Of a stretch of DNA of 64,000 nt, positions 60,361 through 64,000 are shown piece by piece. The translations under genes and the position numbers were made by a program. The stretch is from Anthoceros angustus (taxonomy: Eukaryota > Plantae > Anthocerotophyta): contig VJWM01000068.1 of NCBI GenBank assembly GCA_010909165.1, positions 1,488,001-1,552,000 of the forward strand, given 5' to 3'. The notes beneath the pieces were generated by a model that saw only the letters and a list, made by a program, of their open reading frames with translations, was not told where the DNA came from and made no database searches. Every line of letters begins with the position of its first letter. Position 1 is the stretch's first letter.

Positions 60361-63140
60361 TCCTTTGAATAAGTCATGTTTTTACCTTAGGGAGGGCTTT
60401 AGTAAGCAGGTCAGCTGCATTAGATCCCGTAGGGATGTATTCAAGATGATCGACTTAAAGCGCATCTCGGATGAAATGGTAATGAATCTCGATGTCCTTG
60501 GTACGTGCACCGGACTCATGGCGCGCGATTGTTGCGTCCGAGATTGTCGGTATGCGTCGGGAGTGTCCTCTCCCAAGACTCGATGCCCGCGAGTGAGCGA
60601 TAACTTAAGAAGGTTCCACATAACGTATAAAAAATATGGTATATGGATTATATAAAATGGGTCATTACATAGGACTTTGAGCCTCCTTTGGCTTTGGCTT
60701 CTATGGATTGAGTATTTGAACTAAGTTTTCTAGCTAGTGACCATGAAGCGACTTCATGTCATCGTAATGACTTCGGTGCACGTACCATATGGTGATGGTA
60801 TGTGAGTCATTCTTGCACCTTCAGAGCTCATACCTCGCCGGGCATGACACCGCCGCACTGTGTCGCACCTTCCACGTCGATGTCAAGCCCGTCCAATGCT
60901 CCGCACTTGGGCACCACCACAACCGCACACTCCGACACTTGCCCAGCGACAACCTCACCGATGAAAACACGAGGCACGCATGGAAAGCTAACCCCTCACC
61001 ATCCCTCCCTTCACAATTGTCCGCAAACGGATCCTCTATATGAGAGCCTCACGAACCGAGCCAAGCGAATTGCGCTTTCATCCACTAAAGTTGAGTATAA
61101 GGCCACATAATGGAAGGAGTTAGAGTGGGAAAGGCAACTTTGGAATGAATCCACTTACCTCAAAGTGCTCCCACTAAGCTTCTATGTGAAAGCATGTAGG
61201 CTATTGCCCTTTTTCCAATCCTTGGTTTCATGCAAGAACCAAGCACATTGAGCTAAACCACCATTATATCCATGACGCCGAAAGGGGCATTGTGAAAGTG
61301 GAATACATTAGTCTTGATGAGAATACTAATAATTTTACAAAGGGCGCCAAAGCCAAAGCATTTCAAGCATATGGCTGCCCTTGGGCTCGAGTTCACTCGC
61401 CTCAGACGAGTTGATATCTACCTTGTTGTCGTGGCCGAGCTGTTGATTCTTATTGCCTCTAGGGCTCTGGAGCTGCTCGCCTTCTTCCCGCTCAAAATGG
61501 CGTATTCATCGATCCGGTACTCTCAAAGGATGAAGCTACACTATGAAATCTAGGCGTGAGAGGACATATGGGTCATGTTTTAGGAGGTCATATCTTTTTC
61601 TTTTCTTTGTGATTTCTTGGTTGGGTTGTAGAAGGTTCTAGTTTTTCGCTTTCTTTGTGAGGATTTTGGTTTGTTTTGTTTCTAGCTTCTTTGGGACGTT
61701 TTTCCTCTTTGTTTTGTTTTCCTTTGTTTTTGGGTTGGGTTGTAGTTGAAGGTTCTCTTTTATAATTTTGAGGGTTTTTGGTTGTTTTGTCTCTAGTTTC
61801 TTATTTTGGGAGGTTATCAATGCTATTTTCCAATTTTTGGGTTGCGTTGTAGCTTTAGGTTCCAATCTTTTGATTTTGTGAGGGCTTTTGGTTCTCTTGT
61901 TTCTAGCTTCTTTAGGTTCCAATCTCATTTTCGTGAGGGCTTTTTGGTTCTCTTGTTTCTAGATTCTTTAGGTTCCAATCTCTATCGGATTTTCGTGAGC
62001 TTTTGGTTCTCTTGTTTCTAACCGTTTTGGGAGGTTATTTCCTCTTTGTTTATCTTTTCCTTTGTTATTTTGGGTTGGGTTGTAGAAGGTTCGAGTCTCT
62101 TTTGATTTTGTGAGGGCTTTTGGTTGTTTTGTCTTTAGCTTCTTATTTTGGGAGGTTATCATTGTTATTTTTATTTTGGGTTGGGTTGTAGCTAAAGGTT
62201 CCAATCTCTTTTCGGATGTTTTAGGGGGCTTTTGGTTCTCTTGTTTCGCTTTTTTTGTGAGGTTATTTTTGTTATTGTTTTCCTTTTGGGTTGGATTGTA
62301 GTTGAAGGGTCCAATCTCTTGTCGATTTTGTGAGGGCTTTTGGTTCTCTTGTATCTAGCTTCTTTAGGTTCCAATCTCTTTTCGGATTTTGTGAGGGCTT
62401 TTGGTTCTCTTGTTCTTTAAGTTCCAATCTCTTTTCGGATTTTGTGAGGGCTTTTGGTTCTCTTGTTTCTAGCTTCTTTAGGTTCCAATCTCTTTTCGGA
62501 TTTTGTGAGGGCTTTTGGTTCTCTTGTTTCTAGCTTCTTATTTTGGGAGGTTATCATTTATTTTTTTTATTTTTTTGGTTGGGTTGGTTCCAATCGGTCT
62601 TTAGATTTTGTGAGGTTTTTGATTGTTTTGTTTCTAGCTTCTTTTTGGGAGGTTATTTTTGTTATTGTTTTTCCTTTTGGGTTGGATTGTGGTGAAGGTT
62701 CCACTTTTGGATTTTTGAGGGCCTTGACCGTTTTGGGAGGTTATTTATTTTTGCTTTCTTTTGTGATCTTTTTGGTTGTTAGTGGATATCTTCCATTGCT
62801 TATGATCATGAGGTATCTACGTGTGGTCCTCGTCTAATCAAAGCAATGGGAGTAGGCAGAGACTTGGCCTCGAGAGCTTTGCAACTCTCGAGTTTCGGAC
62901 CGCCTCGGGAGGCGTCTCTCAACAAGTGCAAGAGCACTTGTTTTTTGGTCCCATGTTGGATTACATTCCCACACATCTTTTCGAGCAAGCTTTCCCATAA
63001 AAACAAGGAGATCCCTACATGTATATAGCACTCAAGGGGGGTCCCCAAAGCCCGACCTCCCCACCACATGAGGCTCAACGTGCACCACCTCACTTTTTGC
63101 TGTCGGCAATAACCAGAGCTTCCTCCATAAAGATAGGGCT

Positions 63141-64000
63141 CGGGAGGCAGATCCCGGGGCTTCCGAGATTCACCCTCCAGTGGCCACACTTATCCCAATC
63201 GCTGCTTCAGACGCTGGGTTTCTGGCCCCATGAGACTTGTGGAGCCGGATCTTGAGAACATCCAAGCGGCTACACACACCTGCCTTCTAAACAAGCAACA
63301 AGGCGCAACTTCTCACGCCCCCACAACAGCCTACACGTCACCATGCCGCCTAAATTCACCATGCCTCTACCTACAACGACACCCTACGACTATAGGTCCA
63401 CACCCCACTAAAAGAGGTCGCCAGGCCACACGAGGGACCCCTACGCCGCGACTTCACCACCCGTGATCTTCCACTATTCCTTTCCCATCGCCTTCCCACA
63501 ATTGGCACACCTCAACCACCAACTCGACAAGCAGCCCACGACTCCCGTGACCGCCTGTCCTCCGCCTCGACCTACAACGACATCCCATGCCAGAGGTCCC
63601 CCCTCATGGCGTAGGTCCACCGCTCACGCACATAGGGACTCACAGCAGCACTTCTCCACCCGTGATTTTTGAGACCTTAGCCCAGCCCGCTTGGTGCATT
63701 TGGGACCCTCCCTTAGGCTCGACTTGGCCTCTTCTTACTCCTAATCTCTACCTACTCCTCTACTCAACATTCAGCTCCACATTCTCCTCAACACTCACCT
63801 CAACTCAACTCCTCATCCTCCTAATCTAACCTTACTTCAAGCTCACTGCCCTAGCTCGCCTCACGCACAACCGCCTGGGTCCGCTACAAGCCAACAAGTT
63901 CTTCCTGGCTATGAGTTTGCACTGTGACAAGAACCTCCGTGAGTCTTTCCCCGTAGTCTACCCTCAAGCCGAGAGTTCCTTGGGCATCGCCACACACCCA
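63141..64000 (-). mobile_element. Diverged copy of the 15870-16898 gypsy LTR, truncating the last array unit and running off the window
   Basis: Shared blocks CCGGGGCTTCC...GGCCACACTTATCCCA...CCATGAGACTTGTG...CCTTCTAAACAAGCAA and CAAGTTCTTCCT...GCTATGAGTTTG...GTAGTCTACCCTCAAGCCGAG...GCCACACACCCA. Confidence 0.85.

Larger units (their letters stand above)
27724..63140. repeat. Copia-derived macrosatellite: 7 units of 3.3-4.9 kb (basic unit about 3.4 kb)
   Basis: The marker (T)CGGA(C/T)ATATGGGTCATGTTTTAGG occurs at about 27950, 32567, 35996, 39734, 44600, 47900 and 61562. Spacings are about 4617, 3429, 3738, 4866, 3300 and 13662 bp; the last contains a copia insertion and a triplication. Confidence 0.95.

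Noticed and set aside
28000-62800. Many Lys/Arg-rich (minus) and Phe/Leu-rich (plus) ORFs in the array
   Set aside because: By-products of low-complexity T/G-skewed repeats: stops are rare on the A-rich strand and the unit length varies 60-62 bp without frame preservation.
27724-63140. rDNA, 5S or Cassandra-type array
   Set aside because: No recognisable rRNA or 5S A/C-box sequence; the recognisable content is copia RNase H.

Overview
Eukaryotic land-plant nuclear DNA; no prokaryotic features such as operons or CRISPR were seen. Short GT-AG introns of 77-310 bp suggest a non-seed plant, which is inference only. The first 8.2 kb holds two intact genes: a 15-exon plastidial alpha-glucan (starch) phosphorylase of PHS1/Pho1 type whose start codon lies left of the window, and an intronless coiled-coil + C3HC4 RING gene on the minus strand. 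From about 11 to 27.7 kb there is a nest of transposon fragments: a Cys-rich/PHD relic, two Ty3/gypsy 3' ends, two CACTA termini, Ty1/copia fragments, and a truncated CACTA transposase paired head-to-head with a spliced gene of unknown function. From 27.7 to 63.1 kb there is a macrosatellite of seven 3.3-4.9 kb units. Each unit carries two degenerate copia RNase H regions back-to-back, a PPT-bounded LTR-like segment expanded by T/G-rich ~60-bp subrepeats, a PBS-like remnant and a ~575-bp module bounded by inverted repeats. A young near-full-length copia element (5-bp TSD GCTCA, ~99% identical LTRs, non-canonical TA...AA termini) interrupts the array. The repeats carry many 1-3 bp indels while the two genes are clean, so part of the apparent decay may be unpolished long-read error.
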